64,000 bases of DNA from Octopus vulgaris (GCA_951406725.2 OX597824.1:310001-374000), one strand, 5' to 3'; shown: positions 31,992 through 47,966, counted from the first letter of the stretch. Program-made: numbers and translations. The notes: generated by a model not told the origin, from the letters alone.

Positions 31992-32806
31992 CTAGCAGTA
32001 TAGCTTGGCGTTGCCCGGGATTACGTTAGGATTATTAAGTGATCAAGTGCTTTATTTCAAACCAAAATAAGTGACACCGGCATCAAATTTGAGCGAAATC
32101 CGTTGAAATTGGTAAACGTTTGGCTGAAAATGGGTTGCAGGCAATTTGATTGCCTTAAGGAATCGGTTTATCGATTATTTCCACTCACCGAGTGTTTTTT
32201 TTTTTTTGTTTTTTTTTTTGAGAACTTAAAGCATTCAGAGAGCCCATGAGTCCTAAGTAATATTGGCATCAAGTTTAAGCAAAATATGTCACAATTGGTA
32301 AAAGTTATGGTTGAAAATGGGGTATAGCTAATTTTAGTGGGAGATCCTATAAGGAATCGGTTTATCAATTTTTATCGTGATTGAATGAAAAACCCCAAAT
32401 GGATGCCTGCCACTGTTAAGTGTTTGGCCTTGGGATTTGTTGATGGACGTGGCGATGCATAGTCACCGGGAAACTGTTGCACTGTTTAGGCTGAAGCAAG
32501 TTTCTGGTTAGCATAATTGGGCATCCAACCCTTAGCCTAAGAATGTGAGGTGGAAGCCCTGCTGGCTCCAATGAGTTGAGAAACTCGATAGGGTAATTTA
32601 CAACGTCTTGGAGGTCAGAGGTTCGGCCAATCGATTTGTAGGCGCGCTCCTCATCCGGAATTCGGCTTATAAGCTGGTCGGTGATAGCACTGACAGCCAT
32701 GTTTTGGGGGGCCAGGATGGTTCTTTCACTGAGCCAATTGATGTCTGCATAATTACTTTCCAGATTGGGGAACACTGTTTCCAAAAGATTGGAAGGGTTG
32801 TCCACG

Positions 32807-32808
<2 letters not shown>
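31992..32808 (-). mobile_element. Helitron 3' fragment with Pif1-family helicase remnant
   Basis: WLSERTILAP, YPIEFLNSL, GLPPHILRLRVGCPIMLTRNL; 3' CTAG-T preceded by an imperfect GC hairpin. Confidence 0.9.
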
Positions 32809-32888
<80 letters not shown>

Positions 32889-32939
32889 ATGTATGTATGT
32901 ATGTGTTGTATGTATGCACGTATGCATATGTGTATTCTT

Positions 32940-33150
32940 TTATTCTTTTACTTGTTTCAGTCATTTTTGACTGCGGCCATGATGAAGCACCGCCTTTAAA
33001 GGTTTTTTAGTCGAAGAAATCGACTCCAGGACTCATTCATTGTCAGCTTAATACTTATTCTATCGGGATTTTTTGCCAAACCGCTAAGTTACGGGGACGT
33101 AAACACACTTATATTGTTTGTCAAGTGATGTGGGAGGACAAAAAGACACA
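32940..33150 (-). mobile_element. SINE with LINE-like 3' end; other copies at ~26120, ~34985 and ~56230
   Basis: ggcggtgcttcatcatggccgcagtcaaaaatgactgaaacaagtaaaagaata. Confidence 0.75.
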
Positions 33151-33185
33151 GACACACATAAACACATGCACACGTATACGCATGT

Positions 33186-33242
<57 letters not shown>

Positions 33243-33553
33243 TTTATATTGTTAATTAGTATATTCCAGATTATGGCATATAACCGGTCAGAAGTTTCTA
33301 TTGATTTTGTGTCCAGCATTGCTCTTGGCAAACATTGACGTTTCTTCAGACAAAATGGCCGGAAGCACGCAACCTTCTTAACACGGGAGGTAAATGCACA
33401 GAGTTGCACAACTTAGTGGTGAAAGCAAAAACAGAAACAAAATCCCCTTTACACCACCAAACCGAGAAAGTATGTGTATTTACTTCCTGCATTAAAGAGG
33501 CTATGTACTTCCAGCCAGCATCTCTGATGAGTCGTCAGTATACACACACACAT

Positions 33554-34112
<559 letters not shown>

Positions 34113-34189
34113 ATACACACACACACTCGCACACACACATATATATATATATATAAATATATGTATGTTTGTATGTGTGTGTGTGTAGT

Positions 34190-34985
34190 TTTCCCTTGTT
34201 AACAATTAACACGGCAAAATTGGATAAATAGTTACCAGGGTAGCAAAAAATCACACAAGTAAAATTGTTGTAATTCCTTGATTTTAAAGGTAGAAACTCC
34301 GAGTTTACGTGAAATATTTTGTATAATATATATAAATAAATAAATGGAGTTAAACGCGGGTGTTATTCAAATTCTTTTATTTCCGACACATGTTTCGAAG
34401 ATATCACTGGTATTATTCCAAAGGAATAAAATTGTGTAAAACAATGTAATCTTCTCTTCAGGGAAATGAAGAAATGAAACTTGTCAATAAGACATTTTCA
34501 CAGAATATGGTGGATAGGTATAATAATGAACGGAACGCTATTAAGTTGCTTTTTTTTAAAACCTTACAGGATATAAGGTCAAAGGTAGCCTATAGAAAGA
34601 GGAGGGGTAAAGGAAAGAAAAAAAACAAATAAATGAGAAGTATATAACGATATGTAAATTAAATAAAACCCTATGGTCTTGGAAGAAGATAGTGAATGTG
34701 AAATGTAATAAGAAAATTAATGTTTAAATTATATATTATGATAGGTATCACTTATATTCACTAAAGGTGTGTTTCTGCCAATGTTTACATCGGTATGCAC
34801 GCTCTATAACTGTGTTTACAATGGGGTTTTTTTAGAGAAAAGAATAAAAAATAGTTCAGAATTACAGAGAAGACAGAATTCATTGCCTTTATCATAAGTT
34901 ATCGAAATTGAAAGAATCAACCAATCTAAATTAAATTGTTTATTGTGGTCTTTTAGATACCAAATTAATTTACTAAGCCCTGTAC
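34190..34985 (-). mobile_element. Penelope-like 3' end (GIY-YIG C-terminus plus pLTR)
   Basis: STGLSKLIWYLKD, CLLCNSE and RCKH motifs; hammerhead downstream. Confidence 0.8.
34379..34467 (-). ncRNA. Canonical type I hammerhead ribozyme
   Basis: auuucc-CUGAAGA-gaagau...aucuuc-GAAA-caugug-UC-ggaaau; perfect stems I and II. Confidence 0.88.
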
Positions 34986-35074
34986 TGTGCTGGAGCACCA
35001 CCTTTTGTAGAAGAAATCGCCCCCAGGACTTATTCTTTGTAAGCCTAGTATTTATTCTATTGGTCTATGTTGTG

Positions 35075-36430
35075 CTGGACCGTACCCACCCAGACCCTGA
35101 GAACAACAATCAGGTGAAAGGAGTGATTGCATATGCAATATGGGCTAGCATAAGAATCACGTTGAAGAACCACATAGTAAAGTTTAACAAGAAACTATAT
35201 ATGCATGTTCAAGCTGTAGCCATTGGTGTCGGTGTAGCTGGAGATGTGGCCGGCCTTTTCATGACCTGATGGGACAGAAAACTTAAGCAATCCTTAGCAG
35301 AACAGTTCACAATTCTTTTACTTTATAATAGGTATGTAGATGACATTAATATCCTAGTTAAGACCAACTCTAGTAACGGTAAAGTAGAAACTGAGAAGAA
35401 CGTAATGAAGAGCATCCAGCAAGTAGCTAACTCCATCCACCAAAGTATCAAGGCAACTATACATTACCCCACTAGGCACCCCAACAATAGACCCCCCGTC
35501 CTGATACTGAACTTCGGTTGGAGACTGTGAACAACAGACTGCAGCTCCTCAACTCCTATTACATGAAACCCATAGCTTCGAAATGTGTTGTTCACAAGAA
35601 CTCAGCTTTGTCACACAACATGAAAATTAACGTACTGATAGCAAACACAGTTAGGATAATGAACAACGTGTCCCCACTATGCAAACCCTATGAAACGAAG
35701 GAACGTGTACAGAACTTCATGCACCACAAGCAATTCTCTGGATATGGTCAGAAATATAGGGTTCGAGTACACAGGGGTGCTAGAAAGAAGTTAGATAACA
35801 TTATATGTAATGAAACCAGTGGTACCTGCCCTAGATATAGAAGCAAAGACTGGAATGGGATACAAGGAGCTTGTGACAAAGCAAACAGGGTGAAAACGTG
35901 GTATAAAAACGAACAAATATCAAGGAGTGATGTTTATAGAGGCCACAGCCCATAGAGAACTAGCCCGTAGATTTGAGAAAGCTCTGAAGGAGACCAAACT
36001 CAACATTAAGATTGTTGAAAATCCAGGGAACTCCATCAGATCACAACTATGTAGGACATACCCCTTTGAGAATACCATATGCACCAAAGATAACAGCATG
36101 CTATGTAAGATTAGTCCTGGCATTAATTGTAGAACTAGAAATGCATTCTACAGCATAAGATGCATAGAAAGTGCTTGTAAAGACAAAAACATGACATACA
36201 TAGAAGAGACATCTAGGAGCATTGCGGAAAGACTAAATGAACATTTCAGACAATATGACGACAAAAAAATTGTACTTCATACTCTACCAACATGGAGGCA
36301 ACCTGGGTCAACTTGACATCCGCATTTTGCCCAAGCACCCAAAGGACCCAACCCTCAGACAAATATAGGAGTACGTCCTCATAAATGAAACATCCACAGT
36401 ACTAAATAGGAACTATACGTAGAGGGTAAT
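35075..36430 (+). mobile_element. Decayed Penelope-like element (RT plus GIY-YIG, Neptune-like Cys-rich linker)
   Basis: RYVDDI, YYMKP..S......SA, YSIRC...YIEETSRS...RLNEH; several frameshifts. Confidence 0.85.
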
Positions 36431-37472
36431 CATACCCCAACACCCACAATTTATATTTATATACAGGTAGAATAGTTAGTGGGCTGTTATGGAGATGTAG
36501 GTATGTGTGTGTATGTGTGTGTGTATGTATACCTATATGTATATGCACATGTATGTAGGCAAATGGATATGAATGTAAACAAATATACATACAGATGGAC
36601 AAGTACATAGGTAATATGAAGAAACATACACACATACACACGCAAATGAAGACTGAAACACATGACCATATACTCACACACTTCACTTCACACGAGGACA
36701 CATATGGAGAAATACATATGGAGACAGAGGTACACACACACAAACACACACGCGCGCACACACACACAGGCAAGCACACACACACAAACACACGCACACC
36801 CCTAAAAACACAAAACACTCAAACACATGAATATTCAGAATACATACTTACAAACGTACACATACACATACATACATATGCACACACACACACACGCATA
36901 CATACATATGCGTACACATACACATGCATACACGCATACACACATTTACATGCATGCATACATACACACATACATGCATACGTACATACAAACATTCATA
37001 CATACATGCATACATACATACATACATACATATATATACACACATACATACATACATACATACATACATACATACATACATGCATACATGCATACATACA
37101 TACATACATACATACATACATACATACATACATACGTACGTACGTACATCCACGCTTACATAAGTAGATAAAGAGAAATTAGCATATCCCCTGTGCAAGC
37201 GTGACATGCAAATGCATATACATACATATACATATATACATACATATACATATATACATACATATACATATATACATACATATATACAGTGAATGGTTAT
37301 ACCAGACTGGCGATGTGGAGAAAATAAACAAGGCAATGAGACTTTTCAGTGTTAAAAATTGCATTGGACGTTTATTTTGGGGTGGAGTCGAAAACTGAAG
37401 ACCGAAAGAAAATTCTGTTACTCAATGTTTCGTTCTCTTATCTCTTGGTTTTGTTCTTGGATTTTTGACGGC

Positions 37473-37549
<77 letters not shown>

Positions 37550-37554
37550 TATTA

Positions 37555-37601
<47 letters not shown>

Positions 37602-37605
<4 letters not shown>

Positions 37606-38700
37606 TAGTTCTATTTTTATAGCGTGCTTTCACTTCACTACCGAGCGCAGCTCTGTGTGCCTTGGGTATGTGCTGTGATTTGTTGTGATGCTCTGATGGT
37701 TATTGTATGGAAAGTGTTCTGCGTAGGATGTGTGCAGTGCCTAGTAGTGCAATTTTCTGTATGTTATATGTGTTTGTAAGTCCTGGTGTTTTTGTTATGT
37801 ATTTGTCTGAATATTTTTTTATCATGCCTAATGCACCTACTATGATAGGAATTGTTTCTGTTTTCAGGTTCCACATTCTAGTTACCTCTATTTCCAGGTC
37901 TTTGTATTTTGAGAGTTTCTCCATTTCTTTTAGAGACACGTTGTCATCTGCCGGTATTGATACATCAATTAGAAAGCATTTTTTTCTTCATGATCTCTGA
38001 CAACTATATCTGATCTGTTGGCCTTAATTTCTCTATCTGTGTGTATCGGCATATCCCAGAGTATGGTTGCTTTCTCGTTTTCTGTGACCTTTTCTGGTGT
38101 GTGCCTATACCATCTTTTTTCTGTTGTTATTCCATAATGTTGGCATAGCTTCCAATGTATGTAGGTTCCAACTCTGTCATGTCTGTGAATATATTCCTTC
38201 TTAGCCAGGACTGGGCAGCTAGAGATAATATGATTTATTGTTTCTTGTCCATCTCCACATATTCTGCAGTTACTTGTAATATTTCTTTTCATTACATGTT
38301 TTTGGTAATTTCTGGTGGGGAGGCTTTGGTCTTGTGCTGCAATTAAAAATCCCTCTGTTTCTGCTTTGAGTCCTGAGCTTCTCAACCATTGCTGGGATTT
38401 TTCTTTGTCTATTTCTTTTGCGTTTAGTTTAGTGCAGTATTTACCATGAAGGGGCTTTTCTTGCCATCGTTTTATCATGGCTCGTTGCTGTTCTATTTTT
38501 AGTTTGGATTTCATTTGTTTTATAACTTTTGTTGTTTCTTCATCATCTTCTTCTTCTTCTTTGTGTTTATTAGGTGGTATGATTTCTTGTTTGTATCTGT
38601 CAGCTTCCTTAAATACTGAGAACAGTTTTTTGTTTTGCTCGTGTTTTGCTGCTATCTGGATCAGTTTTCCTTCCTTCTGAAGTAGGTATTTTTGCAGGTA
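37602..38700 (-). mobile_element. Dong/R4-clade non-LTR element, 5'-truncated, in (TAA)n
   Basis: AAQDQ, CCHC knuckle CRICG...ETINHIISSC, RHD, RSDIV...IDVSIP, K..KY..L restriction-like endonuclease; frameshift ~37975. Confidence 0.93.
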
Positions 38701-38989
38701 TTATTATTATTATTATTATTATTATTACTTTGTCAGCTGAAAATTAAGTTCTTCATTCTTGGCATACTTCGTAAGGTTTCTTTTTTAAAAAGAAGATATA
38801 AACAAACATAACTCTTATTGACATTTAAATACGTCGCTGCATGTTTTAACTTTTATTTCAATTCTTTTTCCCAGGCTGGTAGAACTGAAACTCAGGTTAG
38901 ATAGAGACTATTTCTTATCATGTATTATTAACTCTTGTCATACATTTTGACATTATACATACATGTGTGTGCGCGCGCGCATATTTGTG

Positions 38990-39025
<36 letters not shown>

Positions 39026-40160
39026 TGTATGTATGTGTACATATATGGATATATGGCTGCTACCAGTAAATGAAGAATTCATGTTGAGAAAAACTGTAGT
39101 AGGCTCAGCATCATGGCTATAGTCTAAAGTCAGTCAAAGAACAGAAGGATATAATAATATAAATGTATGCGAGGGCGTATATTGATGAATACAGTAAATA
39201 CATATGCGTACATACAAACCTTCACACACACACATACGACGGTCTTTCGGGTTCTTTCAACCAAATCTACTCATAAGGCTGTGGTCAGTCTGGTATTATA
39301 GTAGAAGACACGGGTAAAAAAAGAAGGATTTCCTAATGAATGTTTTGGCTTTTGAAACTATAAAATGCTGCACATGCACTCAGTTCTGAGTTCAGCTTCT
39401 TATAGCAGAAACAACTGTAAGCTAATGAAGTTGATCCCATAATTTTTGTTTCCTTGCCAGTCAATAATTATGTTACACCCTGTTCTGGTCTAACTCGAAA
39501 TGTATATTGAGTTCTAAGAACTGGTCAGGTAGTTAGAAGTTGCACCGTCCTAGAGAAAGTAAGCTCGGCAGTTAACACTGTTTTGTTTTAGTTGGAGTTC
39601 GAGTCGGGGTTTTAGGTTGTAAGCGTCCTGGGAAAACTCCCTACAAGATACTGAGTGTTAAAGAACCCTGAATGTCACACCTAAGAGAGACAACTCGCCT
39701 CGAGAATGATCGATATCGATATCTCACAATTACTGTGACTTTTTAATACTATGTACTCGAAACATCACAAAACGAAATGAATCGCTGATCTAGGGACATT
39801 TATGCAAATAACGTGGAGTCTATTTGCTGAGTATAATTCATATCTTTCTTTTATACCCACGTGCAGTGTGTTAAGATCTAGACCGCAGTAAATGCAGTTT
39901 CGATCATGGAGTGAATTTATTCAAATATTAATTATAATAATAAAGGTAAAATCAATAATAATTTTACCAAGTAGCCAGTGCGGAAATAAAAACCTTATAG
40001 GTAAATTTTACAAATTATAACAAGGGATCGGCTTTATGCCTCACCACGCACTGCAAGAAATAGACGCCAAAGTCCTTTTTGCCACCTTAAATTCTCCGAG
40101 AATAACACACTATATTGTAGGCAAGAAAAGGAAAAAGAACGAATCATCAAGGCTGGTTAA

Positions 40161-40218
40161 CTATGTACGCGTTTCAAACTTAAAGTAATTTTACTTACTG
40201 TTCCTCTCAGCAGCATAG
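40161..40218 (-). ncRNA. Hammerhead-like motif, A6C variant
   Basis: cuaug-CUGCUGA-gag-gaac...guuu-GAAA-cgcg-UA-cauag. Confidence 0.6.
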
Positions 40219-40582
40219 AATTCCATATAAGTTCACGATTATCTCAAAATATGCACATGACCAGCGTCATCGCATGTCCAGTATGAATCCACACTCGCAA
40301 AAATATACTGCCGAGTATAATTCATATCTTTCGCTGGTCGCACTGGCTACCTGGCAAAATTATTGATTTTACCATTTATTATTATAATTAATATTTGAAT
40401 AAATTCACCCCATGATCGAAATTGCATTTACTGCGGTCTAGACCTGAACGCACTGCACGTTGGTATAAAAAAGATATGACTCATACTCGGCAGTATATTT
40501 TTGCGAGTGTGGATTCATACTGGACATGCGATGACGCTTGTCGCGTGTATATTTTGAGATACTCGTGAACTTATATGGAATT

Positions 40583-40647
40583 CTATGTTGTTGAGATGAA
40601 CAGTAAGTAAAATTATTTTTTACTTTAAGTTTGAAACGCGTACATAG
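40583..40647 (+). ncRNA. Hammerhead-like motif, paralogue of 40161
   Basis: cuaug-UUGUUGA-gau-gaac...guuu-GAAA-cgcg-UA-cauag. Confidence 0.5.
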
Positions 40648-40865
40648 TTAACCAGCCTTGATGATTCGTTCGTTCTCCTTTGCTTGCCTAAAATATAGTG
40701 TTTTATTCTCGGAGAATTTAAGGTGGTAAAAAGGACTTTAGCGTCTATTTCTTGCGGTGCGTGGTGAGGCATAAAGCCGATGCCTTGTAATAATTATGTA
40801 TATAATTATAAAATATTTTATACATACATACATACATACATACATATTTATATATACATATATAT

Positions 40866-40918
<53 letters not shown>

Positions 40919-40954
40919 TGTGTGTGTGTGTGTGTGTATTAAATAAGATGAGAT

Positions 40955-42014
40955 TTTATATTGTCAAGAGCCCAGGCTTCTTAGTCTGTTCTTTCTTTTT
41001 GTTGCAGATTTTTTTCAATCTCCAGCATTTGTATTTTCAGGCTGGATTTTTCACAGCTTTCAATTTGTTTCTTTAGGTGATCTGAAATTTTTGTACACCG
41101 TCTCATAAGAATTTTTCTCTCCCTGAGGATTGTGATTTTGTGTACAGTGGCCTTTCTCTCCGGGACACATTTGTAGCATATGGCTTGCATTACAAACATG
41201 AATTGTTGAAGTTTAATGTCGATACCCGGTGAGGAGAGACATTTAGGCCAGTTTTGTTTGAGGATCTCTTTCTCAATTTGTTTCAGTTTTCTTTATGGAA
41301 GTTCAAACTGGAAAGATTTTGGGAGTTTCTTGTAGGGTGCATGTCCTAGGTTTCCTTTGGTCAGTACATGGTCAGCTCTACTATGTTGTGATCCGAGAGT
41401 AACGTTGGTGTCACTTTCACATTATGGATGAGATCCATATTGTTTTTGAAGCTGAGATCCAGTGTATTACCTGCCCTGGTTGGTTAGAGTACTATTTGTT
41501 CCATGTACAAAGTGTTGATGAGGTTCAGAGGGACTTCAGCTGTCCTTGTTCGCAAAGATTCCTGGAAGGAAAAGGCCTTCAGGCCATCCGACATTGGGTA
41601 GATTGAAGTCTCCCATAAGAAGTACACTTATGTGCTGTTCTAATGTAACTAGGACTTCTAGTTTTGTAAGGCCGTCTTCGAACTTGTCTGCATGATTCAG
41701 AGCATCTGAAAGATGATATGTAGTACATATAACTACATCTTATATGTACAATTAGTGTGTCACATACTGAATTTCAGTGTGACAAAAGGACCTGGGGTGT
41801 GAGGTCTTCGCGGATGTACGTAGCAATTCCACCGTGACTCCTTTCTTTTCTGTCGGTCCGTATTACAATATACTGCGGTATCGGCATGTGTATTTTGGCA
41901 TTTGCTATATCTGGTCTCAGGTGAGTTTCCGTAAGTGCTAAGCACAAGGCTTGAGTGCATGCAACAGGGTCTCTCAAGAAAGGGATTTTTGTCCTGTTAC
42001 TGGGTGTTAACAGG
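40955..42014 (-). mobile_element. Decayed LINE A1 APE fragment
   Basis: [33 protein letters not shown]. Confidence 0.9.
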
Positions 42015-42081
42015 CTATATATGTACATATATATACGTATGTATACGACTGTTAATATCATTCTTGTTAAAGTGTATATAT

Positions 42082-42143
<62 letters not shown>

Positions 42144-43376
42144 ATGTATGTATATACATATATATATATATACATATATGAACATATATATAAATAAATG
42201 TATATATAAATGTGTGTGCTTGAATTTCAGACGAAGTGACTCTCATTATTTTTATAACCTTTTTTTAAAACTTAACGATCCCAAATTGAACAATCCCACT
42301 TAGAATTATTTTTCTCTGTGAAAAATGTAAATATCAGCCTGGCATCGTTGAATATAAGTGTTTACCATTAAATGTTAAATTTCTTAGCCAAAGATAAATT
42401 AATATTTATTATAGCTTGACAATCCGTTTTCACCTTCGATTAAATGTCGTACCATTTGGCGCAAAGGTGTATTCAGTGCTTCTCCTACACTACATTTTCG
42501 TGTTTGTCACACACAAACACGAGGTTAAAAAACAAGAGGGTCGTGTGGTCTGCGGCCTCGCTTTTGTAAGCCCTTTTTAGTTGACATGAACTGATACGTT
42601 CTGGTTTTCAGACTTTTAGGTAGCTCTTGTTTCATTCGTTCTTTTCGTAAGTCCCAAGTGACTCTGATGGTCGAAAGAACTGGATATGTGTATCATATAT
42701 GATGCATGGATGCCAGATGCCCACTGTGTCACGTGACGCAGTGATCGCAGGGAAACGCGAGTGCAACACCCCAACCGCTTGGCACCCTCTTTGGCAATTA
42801 TTAGCATTTAAAAGCAGAAAAGAAGGGGAAAAAAAGAATTTAAAACTACCAAAACAGAGATTTAGAAACGATTTTTAATTAACGGAATGAATTTGATCAA
42901 AATCAATTATAAATTGGGAAAACTAACATTAGCAATTGCAAAGCACCAACAACAAGAAGAAAGACTAAAACGACCCCTAGCGGCAAGTTTAAAACGGTTT
43001 GGGTCTATTTCTAGAGTTCAACCAATGTTCCCGGTAATAATTAATAACAACCATAAAAATTTTAGACTAGTATTTCACAACAACAATAGAAAACTACAAA
43101 TCGAAATCGCAATAAATTCTTAATAAAAACCAAACAGTAGAAGCATCATAATTGAATTTATAAATAAACAAAATTCTAAGAATAAAGTTGATCAAAATGG
43201 TAATTACAAAAGGTTGTGGAGTTGAAATATTCTTTTACCTTAACAAAAGCAATCACTGCTCATTAGACTTCCACTATTAAAGAAACTGTTTTGTACAGAA
43301 TTATTCAGAATGTCAGAAAAACAATGAAACTAATCGTTGTAATAAACAGTTTTTAACATTAAATAATGACACTTCG

Positions 43377-43502
43377 GTGGTGACGCTTGGCCAAGCGGTT
43401 AGTGTGTTCGGTTTTCTATCATAAGTTTGTGAGTTTCAATTCCTGGATCGTACGGCGAGTTGTATCCTTAAGCAAGGCACTTCATTTCAAGTTGCTCCAG
43501 TC
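43377..43502 (+). mobile_element. tRNA-derived CORE-like SINE
   Basis: A box TGGCCAAGCGG, B-box-like GTTTCAATTCC, then tccttaagcaaggcacttcattt. Confidence 0.65.
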
Positions 43503-44369
43503 TTCATAATTGAAGGCGAATCCTGGGTCAAGAATGGAAGTGTCGAAAGATAGTTTATATCTGCTGGTGAGTACATAGGCGCCTAAAACAACCAAATCAT
43601 TAAAACCGGTTACCAAAGCATATTTGTTTACAAAGTGACGGCTGGTTGGCAGCTTAACTGTACTAACACAAGAAAAAACATTCTAAAAGTCTGAGAGTAT
43701 TTCTTCACATATTTTAATAACAGAACCAACAAGCTATTTACTATGCATTCCATATCAGCTTTTTTAATTAGACATGTGGAAACTAGGCTGTAAAACGGGT
43801 CGAGGATCGAATCACGCTTTCCAATGCTTTCAATTTTACGATTTCATTCAATCAATAAAAATAATATTTTCCAATCAAATCAAACAGGTGAACAAATAAA
43901 TAGGTATTGATTTTATAAGGTAAACTGGACATAACGAATTTGTAGCAAATTCATCGATATCGCATCATCCAAAAAGTTGAAAATAAATTTACAATTATTT
44001 ACTCACAAAGTTCAAAACACAATTATTGAAAAAATAATAGTTCTAAACAAAAATATCTACTACAGAAGAGGACAATGATGAAATGAAGAATTAAAAAGAT
44101 TAAGAGACGAGATTATCCAGTCCTTAAAAAAGTGAAATATCGTCAAACAGATTCTAACCACGAAATATATAAAAAGATTACTTTAAATAAGCAAAACAGG
44201 CAAAACAAACAAAAACGGTTTTGATTTAGTGAAGTTTAAGTCCATCAGCGTTAGAGAGAATATATATAATTTAATGATTAAATGAAAATCAAGAGCTATG
44301 AATACGTGATCACAATATCAAGAACTATCAATACGTGATCACAATAACAATGCAATCGTAGATACCCCT

Positions 44370-45060
44370 AAACACATATATTTACAGAAATATTCTAGTG
44401 CTTCAAATGTATAGGGATACGTGTTCTATAATGGCCCAATGCTAACATCATCATCCTTCAAACTCCAGATTTAATCAGAGAATGCTGTAGCGAAGCGTCA
44501 TTCCAAATGATCGAATGCATGCATTTGTTGCGAACCCTTTCATTAAAGGTATGCTAAGTAAGTGCTGCAATGCAAGGGACACATGAGCTCAAGAAACCAA
44601 TGTTTAGAAAGGCACATACTGTTGATAAAGCAGCTATTAGGATTCTTACAATTACATACGGGAAGATATTTTTGCGCGCTTACACTGGTAAGTTTATTAT
44701 TATTATTATTATTATTTATATAAGGATTTGAAACAGAAATTTCTTGGTGCAACTGTGACTCAACGCTGTATTTATTATCTTCAATGTAATGCTTCTTGTA
44801 AGATTTTTGAAAATTCCGCTAACATTGGAACTAACATTTAAACTGTAGGGAAGGGAATAGAGTATAACATTTCGGTTTCTACCCTTGCATTTATGAATAT
44901 TAGCCTTATCATGCAAGTAATGTATTCTGTCTTTGAAGCCAATCTTTTAATGTGTCATTCAGAAAATGAGTATGTTTAAAGGATTAATCGTCAGAGGATA
45001 AACTGCATACACGATATCTACAGTCTTTGAAGGGCGCAAATCTAGGTTTTTAAAGATAGT
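44370..45060 (-). mobile_element. Highly decayed Penelope-like fragment
   Basis: RNRNVILYSLPYSLNVSSNV, CNCKNPNSCFINSMCL, IWSLKD. Confidence 0.7.
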
Positions 45061-45284
45061 AACGAATGGGTAGAATTTGCATCAATATATGGCAATTACT
45101 CGTTTATTTTACATGAAGAACACTGATTACAAGAACGTAATACTTTAATGACTGAAGACTGCAAGCTGGGCTTTATATGTCCTATTATAAAACTATTTTC
45201 TTGAGGCAATCTACGGCGAAGGCTCATAATTCTATTTACAAAATTTCACTCACCACCGTTTCCTAATTCACGCACACACACACA

Positions 45285-45426
<142 letters not shown>

Positions 45427-45447
45427 GTATGTATATATATATATATG

Positions 45448-45590
<143 letters not shown>

Positions 45591-45767
45591 GATAAGAAAG
45601 TTTGTTTGGTAAAGCACGTGGGTGAATATATAAGAAAATAGTAAAGTGTGAAAAAACGACAGAAGGCTTAAATGTTAAAAAATATATATATTTGTGTCAA
45701 AATGTCTGGAGAATATTGGAAAAATTTTTTTTCCTTTCCTTAAAATGACATAATTTTAAAATTTTTA

Positions 45768-45807
45768 AAGAAATTACCGGTTTCGCGTGTAGCTTTTCAA
45801 ATTTCTT
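45768..45807 (-). ncRNA. Minimal type I hammerhead, U3-A8 core variant
   Basis: aagaaau-UUGAAAA-gc(uacac)gc-GAAA-ccgg-UA-auuucuu; 7-bp stem I. Confidence 0.8.
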
Positions 45808-45943
45808 GTGACGTTATGTTTATATTGCATGGAATTATCGTTGTTTTTATTTCCAGGAGATTTCTAAATAAGGGGAGGTAGTGAGTGATTTTTTCCGGTG
45901 TAGGGGAGATAATCGCTTAAAAAAATTTTTTCCCATTTCCTTG

Positions 45944-46890
45944 TTAATTTCTCTGTGTCAGTATGTTCGGATGGTTGAGTCTGGGTTTGTACTTTTCAAT
46001 GAAGAATGTTTCCTTGTTCAGTCTCATTTGTGTTGATGATCCGAAAGCACATTGGTAAAATGGGAAGATTAAAAATTGTGGCAGTAGTTGCTTTGCGCAT
46101 TTCTCAATGTGCTCACTAAAAGGTATCATTCTATATTCTGGGAATGCAATCTGTTGTCGATGTAGTGTGCATCTGCGCCTGAGTGATAGTCCCGTGGAAC
46201 CCACGTAGTCTTGGTGGCAGCCCGAGCATTTAATAACATAAATTATGTTTTCAGAGGCACAAGTAAAGTTAGATTTGATCTTAAATTTCTGTCCTTCTTT
46301 AAAGAAGAATTCTGATCCTTCCAATAGGTTAGGACATGTTGCACAGTTCGATCTACCACATTTTTTTACTTTTGCATCCGTAATTTTAGAAGACAATTTT
46401 GCCTTTGTGAGAATCTTTTTAAGTGATTTAGGCTGTTTGTAGCTTTTAATGATTTGGTGTATGTTTAGAATTTCCTTTAATTTTGGGTTTTTATGAAGTA
46501 TTGGTAAATTCTGGGTGATGATGGTGAAGGCTTCTTTGTTTCTGGGGTTGTATGTAGATATGTAAGGTAGTATTTTCGGGGAAGGTGTGTTGTTGTGTTG
46601 AACTTTTCTTAAAGTTTCTATGTTGATTTCTGTTGCACGTCTGATCCCATCCTCTATGAGTTGAGCTGGGTAATGTCTGTCAATTAGGGTGTTTTTGAGT
46701 TCTTGCAGTCTAAAGTTCCTGGTATTTTGTTCTGACAATAGTGTGCATATCCTTCTTGCAAGGTTGAAGGGGATGTTTGTTTTAGTGTGTCTTGGGTGGC
46801 ATGAATTAAAAAGAAGGTATTGTTTGGCGTCTGTGGCTTTGTAAAAAATGTCTGTTTCTATTTTAAGGTTAATTTTTTTAATTAGTATAT
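45944..46890 (-). CDS. PLE ORF C-terminal part: RT thumb plus GIY-YIG endonuclease (5'-partial)
   Basis: TDIFYKATD..QYLLFNSCHP, C...CATC, NIIYVIKCSGCHQDYVGSTG...RR...H, KETFFI...P.LN. Confidence 0.92.
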
Positions 46891-47008
46891 TCATGTTTGA
46901 CAATACATTTTACCGTCATTTTTCCAATATTCTCCAGACATTTTGACACAAATATATATATTTTTTAACATTTAAGCCTTCTGTCGTTTTTTCACACTTT
47001 ACTATTTT

Positions 47009-47741
<733 letters not shown>

Positions 47742-47966
47742 GGTTTTCCAATGAAAACCGATTATAGCAGCGACACCATCTAAGAATATCTGAAGAAGGA
47801 ATTGTATTCCGAAATATCATCGGACTATGGATAACTAAATTACAACAGGTATATAGTCCATTTTTAAAAATATTATAGTGCATTGTTGTACCATTCATGT
47901 ATGTATACTCGTTAGCCGATATGGAAGGGAATATAGCGACTGCTTTCGCCATATTCCCTTCCATAT

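Larger units (their letters stand above)
39824..40800. mobile_element. Inverted, circularly permuted pair of a ~490-bp hammerhead-bearing unit
   Basis: 39830-39982 matches rc 40340-40490; ~40010-40331 matches rc 40468-40795. Confidence 0.85.

Noticed and set aside
43377-43450. tRNA gene
   Set aside because: No cloverleaf; continues into a SINE core.
47790-47826. CTGAAGA-a-ggaat/attcc-GAAA-tatca-TC
   Set aside because: No convincing stem I; at best a decayed hammerhead.
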